Below are positions 10,646 to 20,680 of a stretch of 64,000 nucleotides of DNA, piece by piece. The notes below the pieces were generated by a model. The model worked only from the letters and a program-made list of their open reading frames with translations, did not search any database and was not told the origin of the DNA. The DNA is from an uncultured Planctomycetaceae bacterium (GTDB lineage Bacteria > Planctomycetota > Planctomycetia > Planctomycetales > Planctomycetaceae): the NCBI GenBank assembly GCA_963813715.1, contig CAWFAK010000012.1, forward strand, positions 288,001-352,000. Reading direction: 5' to 3'. Within the stretch, counting starts at the first letter, position 1. Each line of letters opens with the position of its first letter. Position numbers and translations under genes: made by a program.

Positions 10646-13157
10646 ATGAAGTGCATGAATTCGCGAATGCGAGGCAGGGGCGATTTCGGCTGCAGCAGAT
10701 TCTCTTTCGCGACGGACGAGTCATCGAGCTGCGATATCGGTGACCCCGGTAGCCGTAATCATCTGCCGTCGGTCCGGCGCCGAACGATTGCAGTTCTCGC
10801 GGGCGCGGCGCTGGTCGTGACCCTGGCTGCTGTCGTTCCGCAAGCGTCGGCCGCCGACAAGGACCGCCAGAAAGTCACGGGCACGGTCGTCAAAGCGGCC
10901 GACGGAGCGCCGGTCGCCGGGGCGACTGTCTACCTGATTACACGAACGCTGATCGTGCCGCGCCCCTCGGTGCAGACCCGCTCGGATGCCGCGGGCCGCT
11001 TCACGTTTGAAGACATCCTACCCGGGACGTATCGCCTCTTCGCCGAATCGGGAAACCAGATTTCCAGTCGCCAGTGGAGCAGTACTGCGCAGTCGCTCAG
11101 GCTCAAAGCGGAGCAGGTTACGGTCAGCAGCAACGAAGTCCCACGGCCCATGACGTTGCGGCTGGTCGAGGGATGTCGTTTCCGCGTGAGCGTAAAACGG
11201 GCGGCCGACAATCGTCCCATCGCAGATGCGAAGATCCGATTTCCCTGGGGAGAGATCGATCGCCATTACGACACCGATTCCAATGGAGTCGTGATGATCG
11301 AAGGCATCCGTTCCGAGGAGCTGGTCTTTCAAGTTCGCGCGGACGGCTACGCGCTCGGCGAAAAACGTCTCGAGCAGACCCAGCCCGGCACGACCACTGA
11401 TCTGAGCTTCTCGCTCGGTCCGGGAGGCGCAGTCGAGGGCACCGTCCACGACGTCGACGGTCGGCCGCTCTTCAACGTCCGAGTCGGTGCCACCGCGAAG
11501 AGGACCCCGGCCGAACTGCACATCGGAAATTCAAAGACCGACGGCAAAGGACGATTTAAGATCGAAAACGTGCCGACCGGCGAAACGATCGAGCTGTCGA
11601 TTTACCAAAAGGACTACTTGCGGAAAGAGCAGCCGGTCACTCTCAAGCCGGACCAAAAAGACCTGACCGTCGACCTCGTCCTCGAGCGCCGGCCCAAGGG
11701 GGGATCGGTTCTGGTGACCGTGACCGGGCCCGATGGCAAGCCGGTTGCCAACGCCAGGCTGGTGAACCCGGGGACAAACAGCTCTTGGAGGCGATACGGC
11801 AAAACCGACGATCGCGGCGAGTGCCAGCTCGACGATGTCTACGACATCTTCGGGCGTCACGAGCTCGGCGTGACGGCGAAGGGTTTTGGGCCGCGCCAAC
11901 TCACGTTTGACCCCGGTCCGCCCGGCAAACCCTCGCGCCTGCAAGTTGCCCTCGAGACGGGTCACCGCATCCGCGGCCGCGTCGCCTTGGGTCCGGGTCG
12001 CTTCGCGGCCGGCGTGCGCGTCTTCTACAACCACGGCGAGCACGGCGAAGTGACCGGGGGCGATGTCCGCACTGGCCCGGACGGCCGATTTGAAATCGAC
12101 TCGCTTCCGAAAGATTGCACGTTCACGGTCTACAGCCCCAAAGGGTATGCCCCGTTCAAGGATCAACCGCTGCCGCTTGATACCGAATCGGAAGTGCTTG
12201 TCACGTTGGAAGCCGCGTCGATCGTGAGGGGGCACGTCGTCGACACCGTCACCCGCAAGCCCGTCGTTCCCTATCGCATTCGCATCATGATCGCTCACGA
12301 TCGCCGTCCGGGCGAGCCCGCGCCCGGCATGCTCACGCAACTCATCCAAGAGGGTCTCATCATCACCAAGAGCGACGGAGAGTTCGAGTTCGGCGACTTC
12401 CCCCGCGGCACGCCGTTACGGCTCATGGTCACCGCCGAAGGCTATCAAGAACCGGGCGGTCGATCGCGTGATTGCTCTCCCGAGCGACGAATTCAAACCG
12501 ATCGAAATTCGGATCCTCAAGCGCGATCCGGCCACGGTCCGCTCGGTCTCGGGCCGGCTGACGAACGCCGACGGAAAACCCGTCGTGGGGGCGCAGGTTC
12601 GTTTGTGGACGGCCACGTCCGCGCCACACGATCTCTCGATGTTCCCCTTCAACTGGACGATGATTACCTGCGGTCAACTCGAACAGAATGAATCGTGCCG
12701 GCAATTCCTGACGACGACGACCGACGACAGCGGCCGCTTTCGATTTTCAGGCGTCCGCATCGCCTTTTACGCCGAGATCGACTACTGGGGCACGGGCATC
12801 GCCCCGGGCCGCGAGCCGATCGGATTCGCGCCTGAGGCCTCGCGGGCCAAGGATTTCGACTTCCGCGCCAAGGCCCCGGCCCGGCTGATCATCGAAGTCG
12901 ATCGTGAAGCCTGGCCGAAGGCCGCCCAAATCACGATCAGCGCCAGCCTGCCGACGCTCGACTATCAAATTCGCAACCTGCGAGCGGGCGAGTCAACGGT
13001 CACCTTCGACGACCTGCCGGCGGGCAATTTTCAGGTCTTCCTGCAAAACGCCGGACACAACATCGGCGGCGGCCGGCTCGCAATCGACACGCTCAGCCGC
13101 AGCCAAGCCGTCTTGCAATCGAGTAAGACGGCGGCGGTTCGATTTGGGAAGCCATAG
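10646..13157 (+). CDS. Secreted carboxypeptidase-regulatory-like (transthyretin/Ig-like) repeat protein, paralogue A (apparent indel ~12450)
   Basis: Hydrophobic signal/anchor ending ASAA; repeated G.V....G.PV..A.V...TD..GRF modules; ORFs 10640-12691 and 12468-13157. Confidence 0.8.
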
Positions 13158-13198
13158 CCGGGTATTTACAACACGCATCGAGGTCCGCATCAGGCGAT

Positions 13199-13388
13199 CG
13201 GCATCGACAGCCTCAAAATCCTCGACCAGGCGTTCGAGGCCGTGAAGACTTTCCAACCCCTCGACTCAGAACAAATCGCCGCTCTCTTGAAAAAGACGGC
13301 CCGAGCCGCCGAGAACGGCCGCTTCGAGCCGTTCAAAACGACGAGCGGCTTCGACGCGACGGCGAAGCATCCGGAGTGGCTGGGGTAA
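13199..13388 (+). repeat. AKR 3'-end repeat, copy 2 (190 bp gene fragment ending in a stop codon)
   Basis: Manual alignment to 10068-10257: 8 substitutions, no indels. Confidence 0.95.
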
Positions 13389-13432
13389 GCGGACGTTTGC
13401 GTGCACTGCGGCCGTAGACGAACAACCGGAGC

Positions 13433-14113
13433 CTATGAGGCCCGTTGCGTGCGTTTTCGGATTGCAATGATTTCCGCCGCGTCGACTTTCCATTGCTGAC
13501 CGACTTTTTTGACGGTGATTGGAAACGGAAAATCGGCGGTAATGAGTTTCACCTGGCCGTCGGCCGCATGGTCCGACACACGTCCGATCCGATTAGAGTT
13601 GGAAATGTGGCTCAGTTGAACGGCAACTTCCGCCGGGTAGGCCCCTTGCCAAAGGATCTCTGCGTCAGGGTGGTCCACGATCAGGGGCTCGATCTGACTG
13701 CGACTCCCGGTAAGCAACGCTGCCAGCAGTTGTCGCATGGTTTGCTCCGGTTCGGCATCCTCCGGCACCACTCGCGGTTGGATTGATTCAAGAATCTCTT
13801 CGTAGGAATGCGTTCTGGCGCTGTTGGAGAATTGCACCAGGAGGCTCAACAATCTGTCAGTCGCTTCGTCGTCGTCCCGAGAACACGACTTGAGCACATA
13901 AGGCCAGATGTAATTCTCCGGGAATCCGAAGTGCCTGGCGACGTAACGGCTGAACGCTTTCCAGCCGTCATTGCTTAACGGGCAGCTCGTCGATGCGTGG
14001 GCAAAGCCGGACAAATACGCGCTGACTTCCAAGAACGACCCGTCGCACACATACATGCTGCGGCGTTTGCAGATGCTTTCGACTAATTCGATGAATTTGT
14101 CTGTTGCATCCAT
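13433..14113 (-). CDS. Hypothetical protein (immunity-protein-like N-terminus)
   Basis: ATG at 14113 (MDATDKFIELVESICKRRSMYV..SFLEVSAYLSGF); visibly more AT-rich than flanking core genes. Confidence 0.65.
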   Translation of the reverse strand: MDATDKFIELVESICKRRSMYVCDGSFLEVSAYLSGFAHASTSCPLSNDGWKAFSRYVARHFGFPENYIWPYVLKSCSRDDDEATDRLLSLLVQFSNSARTHSYEEILESIQPRVVPEDAEPEQTMRQLLAALLTGSRSQIEPLIVDHPDAEILWQGAYPAEVAVQLSHISNSNRIGRVSDHAADGQVKLITADFPFPITVKKVGQQWKVDAAEIIAIRKRTQRAS

Positions 14114-14305
14114 TGCGGACGAGTTCCCGGATGAAAGAGCGTCGCAAAGATAAGGAGCGATTGCCCGTCTTGCCCGGCTACTCAGACACTTGACCCGCTG
14201 CCGATTGTCCGTTTTACGATCGGGAGTACAAGAAAAAAATCCCAAGCCAAACTCCGGGCTGGTTTGCCGCGGGACAGCGCCGCCGTAACCCAGAAAAGGC
14301 GCCCG

Positions 14306-14695
14306 CTAGACGCGCTCCCGCTTGCGACGGCTCTTTTTTCGGGCCTTCCAGGCGGCCCGCGCGTGCGCGCGGTCGAGCCGCGCCAGTCGGTAGCGCCGCA
14401 CGTCGAGATTGCGCTGCTGGCCGGAGGGTGCCTTCACCAGAACGAATGGGAGGCAGACGGACCGCACCCGCAGCGGCACGCCTCCGTTGTCCGGGACGAA
14501 CGGGATGCGGACCGGCTCATCCGGCCGGATTGTGCCGACTCCGCCGCACCAGAAGAAGGACGGCAGTTCGTAGACCACGTGCAGCAATGTTACATAGTCG
14601 CCGGCGCGCACATCCTCCGGGGCCAAAACCTTGGCCGTCGTTAAGTCTTTGGCGCCGGGGCGGCGCCCGGTCTTCGTCTTTCGACAACGTGGCAT
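14306..14695 (-). CDS. Small basic hypothetical protein
   Basis: LAPEDVRAGDYVTLLHVVYELPSFFW...PLRVRSVCLPFVLVK...LDVRRYRLARLD; GC3-rich codons; start uncertain. Confidence 0.65.
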   Translation of the reverse strand: MPRCRKTKTGRRPGAKDLTTAKVLAPEDVRAGDYVTLLHVVYELPSFFWCGGVGTIRPDEPVRIPFVPDNGGVPLRVRSVCLPFVLVKAPSGQQRNLDVRRYRLARLDRAHARAAWKARKKSRRKRERV

Positions 14696-14866
14696 GAGAA
14701 AGAAGACACGCATCCCACGCCGCGGTTCGCGGCGGGGGGCCCGATGATTGCCCAACGGCATGCACACCAGCCGCCCTCGAGCAGTGTTGGGTCCGCGACC
14801 GGATCGAGCGTCCAACTCAATTCCGGAGTGTGTTTTCCGGCAATGTTGAGAATCTGTTGAGAGAAG

Positions 14867-15100
14867 TTATGTGCGGCCACGGCCCACGTCGATCCTGGCG
14901 ATCTTCTGGCAGACCAGCACGAAACGGGAAAAGCGTTCCATGCCCTCGGGGCACACCCACACGTAGGCCTTCCCGCAGTGGGCCCAGTAGCAAGCGTTCT
15001 TCGGCACGTCGCGCCGCGAACAGCCCGCCAGATGTTCGGCGGCTTGCCGCGTGCCCACGTAGTGGTGCGACCACCCTGGAACGCGATGGGATCCTTTATG
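14867..15100 (-). pseudogene. Probable 5'-truncated gene fragment
   Basis: Codon-like GC3 bias over HYVGTRQAAEHLAGC...YWAHCGKAYVWVCPEGMERFSRFVLVCQKIARIDV; no convincing start. Confidence 0.3.
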
Positions 15101-15167
15101 ATTGCGGGCGAATCCCCACGATCGACCCGTCAAGCCAGCGCGGTTGCGCCAGTATACTGACTCCGCC

Positions 15168-15941
15168 ATGATTGAACTCGGGCATGTTTGCGAAATCGTG
15201 CGGTATCCTGTCAAGTCCATGGCGGGCACCCCCACGGAGTCGGCAGTTCTCGGGTGGCACGGACTTGAGGGAGATCGACGATTTGCCTTGCGGCGGCTGG
15301 GAGACGAGAGCGGCTTCCCGTGGCTGACGGCCAGTCGCCTCCCCGATCTCGTTCTCTACCACCCGGTCGGGCTGGACGATCGTGCCGGCGAGCCACTTCC
15401 GACTCATGTCCGCACGCCGGCCGGAGCCCACGTCGAACTGGGAAGCGAGGAGCTCGAGGCTGAACTCGCCGAGCGTTTCGGGGGCGGCTTGGAATTGATG
15501 AAGCTCAAACACGGAATCTTCGACGAGGCGGTACTCTCAGTCATCAGTCTGGCGACGATTGCGGGCATCGGCCGGGAGATCGGACTCGATCTCGATCGGC
15601 GGCGCTTCCGAGCCAACATCTTCGTGAAGACGGAGCGGACCGAGCCGTTTCTGGAGGACGGATGGGTCGGGCGGACGCTGGCCTTTGGCGACAGAGAGCC
15701 GCAGCCGGCCGTGAGCGTCACGCTGTGCGATCAGCGCTGCACGATGGTCAACATCGACCCGGAGACGGGAGCACAAGATCCGCGGGTCATGAAGGCGGTC
15801 GTGCGCCTCAACCAGAACAACGCGGGCGTCTACGCGACGGTGGTGCGAAGCGGGACGATCCGTGTTGGTGATCGAGTGAGCCTTGTGCCCGGCGCACTGG
15901 CCGGTCACAACGACCGACCAGAGGAGTCGATACGTCGATGA
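15168..15941 (+). CDS. MOSC domain protein
   Basis: RYPVKSMAG; GDRRFAL; RRFRANIFV; DQRCTMVNIDPETG; GTIRVGD. Confidence 0.9.
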   Translation: MIELGHVCEIVRYPVKSMAGTPTESAVLGWHGLEGDRRFALRRLGDESGFPWLTASRLPDLVLYHPVGLDDRAGEPLPTHVRTPAGAHVELGSEELEAELAERFGGGLELMKLKHGIFDEAVLSVISLATIAGIGREIGLDLDRRRFRANIFVKTERTEPFLEDGWVGRTLAFGDREPQPAVSVTLCDQRCTMVNIDPETGAQDPRVMKAVVRLNQNNAGVYATVVRSGTIRVGDRVSLVPGALAGHNDRPEESIRR

Positions 15942-16703
15942 ATGTCGCGACGTACAACATTCTGAAAGGCGGCTCGCAGCGGGTCCATTGGGTCCGGTTG
16001 ATCGAGGATTATGCCGTGGACCTCCTGCTCGTCCAGGAGTCGTACTCGCACGACGAGCATCTGCCGCCGCTTGATGTACCCGGATGCCGGAAAACGGTCG
16101 GTCTGGGAGATGGCCGAGCGGAACGGCTGGGGAAGCGCCGTCTACTCTCGCACAGGCTCGGTGAAGCGGGTCCCCGTTCCGAACTTTTCCGGCTGGGTCG
16201 TCGGCGCAGAAATCAGCGGAGCTTCATGGCGAATCGGGTTCGCCGACCCGCTGCTGGCCTTCAGCGTCCACGCTCCGTCAAAGGGAGAAGCCTACTGGAA
16301 GCAAGTGAACAAGCTGCTTGACGAGATCAAGAAACTCGCCGTAGATCGAGAGGTCGTCATCGGCGGCGACTTCAATCTCGCAGTGAGCCACTGCCCCGGA
16401 ACGGAACGACCCACATGCAAACAGGACTTGGCGATCCAGGCGAGGCTGACCGAGGAGTTCGGGCTGCTCAATTGCTGGCAGGCGGCAAATCCCAACCAGT
16501 CGCCGTGCCAGACGCTTCGGTGGACCGGCGACCGAACCATTCCTTACCACTGCGACGGCATTTTCGTGCCGAAGTCTTGGAGGCACCGGCTTCAGTCGTG
16601 CGTGGTCCTAGCAGGAGATGAGTGGAACCGCCTCAGTGACCACAACCCCGTGGTGGCGTGCTTCAGCAGCCGCCTACGTCGGGCCAAGCGTTTCCCTGAA
16701 TGA
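15938..16703 (+). CDS. Endonuclease/exonuclease/phosphatase family protein (apparent indel ~16070)
   Basis: MNVATYNI; DLLLVQE; IGGDFN; HCDGIF; LSDHNPV; start overlaps the MOSC stop. Confidence 0.85.
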
Positions 16704-16757
16704 AGCGAGGAGACCGGGGTCCCGGCGCTTGATGACTCACTCCGCGTCGCCGGTTAT

Positions 16758-16868
16758 GCCGCCCTCCTAAAGAAGCCGGCCCAAGCCGCAGAACGGCCGC
16801 TTCGAGCCGTTCAAGAACGACAAGCGGCTTCGACTCGACGGCGAAGCATCCGGAGTGGCTGGAATGAG
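16758..16868 (+). repeat. AKR 3'-end repeat, copy 3 (~110 bp, degenerate, with indels)
   Basis: gccgccctcctaaagaagccggcccaagccgcagaacggccgcttcgagccgttcaag...gcgaagcatccggagtggctggg aligns to ~10146-10254. Confidence 0.9.
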
Positions 16869-17127
16869 AGCAGCTCATAGAAGCAAACGAACTTCAGGTC
16901 GGAATGCGCACCCGTGCCGAGGCAGCCTACGCCCAGAAGTAGACCGAAACGACGCGATCAGCGTGTTGACATGCGCGCTCTGCCTGCGAGCGAGACTCTT
17001 CCTGCCCCACGCGTCGTTTCAGTTGACCCCCAAGCTTGGTGTGTTTTGGCGATCGCGGGGATAGAATTTGCGAATTGAAGGATGAAACGGCAAGAGTCAA
17101 ATAGTCGATTTCCCACGAGGACAAGCA

Positions 17128-17771
17128 ATGAGCATCGATGACCGTCTCGCACTGCTGGAAAAGAAGTTACGATTCACGCGCCTGACGCTGACAGCGCTGC
17201 TTCTTGGGCTCGCCGTGGTGTGCGCGGTTGGGGCGGGCGACCATTCACCGACCTCGTATGTCGCTCGCTGTGCGTCAAAAGCCCGGATGGTAAGACCGTG
17301 GTTGAGCTAAGTGACTCGGGAGAATTGAAGGCCAGCGGGACAATCACGGCAAACGGAGTAGACATCCTGTCCGACATCGCGAGTCAAAAGCAAGCGTTGA
17401 AGAGCCAGCAACAAGCGTTGAAGCGTCAGCAAGATGAGACTGCGAAAATGATCAATGAGGTTAAGGCCTCAGTTGCAGGTGCCACTGTGAAAGTTGGCAC
17501 GTGTGAGTGGGGGTTCGGTTTGGGGACCCAGGCGAACCGCGCGGACGTTGTGCCGCTATCCGGGAAGAGCGAGTTCATTCCGGATCGTCATTGGGGCAAG
17601 AAAGTCATTGGCGTCGTACCGATGGTCTTTGGGTGTACGAATGAGATCGTCAGCTTGAGCTACGTGGGAGCCGAGGTACACGGCGAGAATCAGATCAAGT
17701 TGACTGTTAACCCTATTCCGGGACATAGTGTCCTCATTGCCGTCCGGGCCGTTGTGTTCTATTTCGAGTAG
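17128..17771 (+). CDS. Hypothetical membrane-anchored or secreted coiled-coil protein (apparent indel ~17245)
   Basis: GAGG RBS; N-terminal TM segment in ORF 17128-17310 continues into ORF 17220-17771; 21-bp tandem duplication at 17391-17432. Confidence 0.6.
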
Positions 17772-17785
17772 GATGATGTTGCCCG

Positions 17786-17811
17786 CGCGAGGCCCGCAGT
17801 TGGGCCTCGCG
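17786..17811. terminator. GC-rich hairpin between convergent genes, possible terminator
   Basis: cgcgaggccc-gcagtt-gggcctcgcg, 10-bp stem; no clear U-tract. Confidence 0.4.
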
Positions 17812-17888
17812 GGTGATTCTCTCATAGATGGTCACGGTTGTTCTACTCGCGTGGGGAGCCGGAATCGAACCTCTGGGCGCCCTTCAAG

Positions 17889-19014
17889 TCAGGTTGAGGG
17901 GTCGACATCAATTGTAAGTCGCAGGAGGCGCGATCCTGCCTCCGTTGCTATCGTCTTGTAGCGAACCCTTACGCCTTTGAACATCGGGGCATTGCGATCG
18001 AGGGTTCTCGGTGGTTCTCCGGTTTCGACCGTGGCCTCCATCTCCCAGTCGTCCGCACCCGGAGGGAGATCGATGATCGAAGTGCCGTAAGGCAGCCGGG
18101 ACCGGGCGGTTCTGTAAATGTGCCCCTGTTGCGCTGCGATCTGATCGGGGGGGGCCCCCTTCGCTAGCATGGAATCCCTCGTCGAGCCAAGGATGAGGTC
18201 CATCGAAGGGCCGCGATCAACGGTGAGGCGACTTAGCTGGCCATTCGCCCCACGCGCGGTCAGCGTGTACGCGACGGGGAAGAGGGGCTTCAACTCAAGG
18301 CTCCCGACGAAGCGCACTTTGTTCGCCCGGCCACGCTCGACCAGCTCGATCGGGACAAATTCCCTTTGCTCCTCTCGATATCGATCCACCAAGCTTGGGG
18401 CGGTGATCTCAAAAGTTACCTTGGTTTCGACGGGATTTCTGGGAACCAACGGTCCTCGCCCGTCGATCCGAAGCCCAAGCTCCGCCGCGTCTCTTGCCGT
18501 GAATGATACGCGGTGAGTATCCCCTCGTGCGAAAGATGAGTTCCGTTCCTTCCGTCTCCAGAACGTTCTTGCTCAGAAAGATGCCGGGGATGAGCGGTGG
18601 GACTGCGGCCACGACCTTCAACAATTGATTGGAAACGGCCGGCGGCAGTCGATTGAGGGACTGGCTGAACTCCTCTGTGATGGGGAACATTCTCCCCTGA
18701 ATCTCGGTGCCTGACTCCCTCACCAGCCTTGAAATCTCCTGAATTGTTTGTTTCCTCTGCTCGATGAAATCGAGGACAACCTTTTCCTCGAGGCGACCGC
18801 CTGCCTTCTCGGCCTTTTCGATGAGCTCATGGACGTCCTTCTTGGCTTGGGCGAGCAGCTTCTGAAGATCGCCGTTGTCGCCCGCAGTTTGTCTGATTTG
18901 GTCGCTGAATTTGTCAATCGCGGCGGCGGTCTCGCGTAGCCCTTTGACGTCGATATCACAACCTGTAAGGCCAAGAGCCATGCAGGCCAAGAGCCAACGG
19001 AATTTAGGCAGCAT
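17889..19014 (-). CDS. Hypothetical lipoprotein (apparent indel ~18500)
   Basis: AAAGGAG RBS; MLPKFRWLLACMALGLTGC lipobox; helical N-half (ORF 18409-19074) and beta-rich C-half (ORF 17889-18449). Confidence 0.6.
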
Positions 19015-19199
19015 ACGATGCTCCTTTCGGGTCTCCCAAACGTGATATGCCCAATTCGACGTGCGTCGCTGCATTGCAAGGCCGCCCGCGGTACGGAGCC
19101 CCTAACTTGCGATTATCTTGCGGGATCTCACAAATAGAGGCTAGGCATCGCTCGTCAGTTGACCAAACTCCCCAAAGGCCAACAAGTCCTGCGGGCGGC

Positions 19200-19326
19200 G
19201 GGTGCCACGGGCGGGGCCTCGCCCGCCCGTGCTCTGGGCGTTGGAATCACGCGACGAATGGGTCGATGATTTGGGCCTAACTCCCCGCGTCTATTAAGGC
19301 ACTGGCGGGCCAAAGGAGTGGCACCC
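19200..19326. repeat. Degenerate REP-like inverted doublet
   Basis: gggtgccacgggcggggcctcgcccgcccgtgc ... gcactggcgggccaaaggagtggcaccc; terminal 9 bp are a perfect inverted repeat. Confidence 0.5.
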
Positions 19327-19355
19327 AGCCGAAGGAACCGGGTGAGTTCGAGCTT

Positions 19356-19844
19356 ATGTCTCTCCCGTCGATCCGTCAGCGGGTGCTCGCCGACTTCGCG
19401 TTGTACGCACTTCGCTTCAAACTCATCGAAGCGGCGAAAGTCGTGTCGTGGGCGGACGAGCTCATCGCGGATTCGGAGTCTCCACCTCCGTGGATGGTCG
19501 ACCTATCGCTTGTCGACAAGTCGGACCCTCATGCGACTCTAGTGCTCCTTCGCCAAGTCCCAGGCGAGCCCAATCTCGAGGAGTCGCTTGATCTCCTGAA
19601 CGGCCTGGTCTTACGCGAGTGGAGGAACGGCCGTTTAACGATCGGCGAAGTGCGAGGCATTGGATGGGTGTTGTACATGGACAACGTCGAGCGGCCCGAT
19701 TCCAGCAAATGGGGCGTCGTTGTCGAGTGCAAGGGCGAGGAAATGGACAACGGATACCTCTCGGAGGCGCAATTGCGCGACGTCATCGACAACCAACTCG
19801 CCCGTTTTGAGCCGGAACTTCGCAGGCTTCCTGACTGGGCATAA
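19356..19844 (+). CDS. Hypothetical acidic protein (immunity-protein-like)
   Basis: 162-aa ORF; KLIEAAKVVSWADELIADSESPPPWMVDLSL. Confidence 0.65.
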   Translation: MSLPSIRQRVLADFALYALRFKLIEAAKVVSWADELIADSESPPPWMVDLSLVDKSDPHATLVLLRQVPGEPNLEESLDLLNGLVLREWRNGRLTIGEVRGIGWVLYMDNVERPDSSKWGVVVECKGEEMDNGYLSEAQLRDVIDNQLARFEPELRRLPDWA

Positions 19845-20071
19845 CCAAGCGTGGCCGCGGCTAGTGCCACTCCCTGCCTTTGGCCAAATGCGACGACAAA
19901 TTTCCCAACTTGTTTCTGAGCGCGTAGAAACTCGATCTTGGCGATTTGCGTTTTGGGCTTTACGTTCGAAATCAGGGGCCGCCCTCACTCCTGGCCAAGC
20001 GGTCGGGGTGCGCGCCGGCGTGTCCCAGGTCAAATATCTGCGAACTGATGGGCAGCAATCGCGTTGGCTGT

Positions 20072-20680
20072 GGGACGGGACACTTTGTTTCAACGGAAAA
20101 GCCCGGAGAACCTCTCGCGAGGACACCGAAGCACCCGACAGCTGATCCGCCGCGGCGGATCGGCTCGCCTGGGGTCCAAGATCAGAAGCTCGCAATCTCG
20201 ACTTTGGACTTTGGACGGGCGGGACTTTGGACCAACTACGGGACGGGACTCGTTGTTTCACCGAGAAAAGCTCGAAGAATGCGGGGGTGGAAAGAGGTTG
20301 GCCGGCGGGTCGGGACACTTTGTTTCAGCTGATTCGTTTAAGTCGGGGAAGTTGACCCAGCGAAGTAGCTAAGGCCCACCGCGGGACGGGACACGTTGCT
20401 TTACCGAGAAAAGCCCGGAGGAATCGCCCTCACCCGACTCGACTGAGCTCGTCGCAGGTCGGCTCTCTCCCATCCGAAACGGACGGGCGAAGGGGGAGCG
20501 TGGGACGGGACACGTGAGCGATCGGCGACAGGCGATGATTGGACAGCCGTTGGCCGGTGGGGAACAGGATCCCCGGCGGGAATGAAATTGGATCCCCGCC
20601 GGTGGTGGGGATCCGTTTTCACTAAGGGAGAAAGAAGATCCCCGGCAAGGTCAGACAAGGAGTTGGCCGGGACCGGACAC
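20072..20680 (+). repeat. Cluster of six degenerate direct repeats, core GGGACGGGACAC, long form ...TTGTTTCACCGAGAAAAGCCCGGAGAA
   Basis: Copies start at ~20072, 20240, 20307, 20383, 20502 and 20669. Confidence 0.75.

Noticed and set aside
10068..13388. AKR tail pair as a diversity-generating retroelement VR/TR
   Set aside because: Only 4 of 8 differences are at adenines of one copy, most are synonymous, and no reverse transcriptase is visible in the window.
17851..17875. tRNA 3'-end fragment (minus strand GGTTCGATTCCGGCTCCCCA) as an att site
   Set aside because: T-stem pairs for only 2 bp; no acceptor stem or other tRNA arms.
19839..19870. Integron attC site after ORF 19356-19844 (GCATAAC overlapping the stop)
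   Set aside because: No matching GTT R' box or L boxes at a suitable distance, and no integron integrase; at most a remnant.
20072..20680. CRISPR array
   Set aside because: Repeats are degenerate and of variable length, spacing is 67-168 bp, and no cas genes are present.
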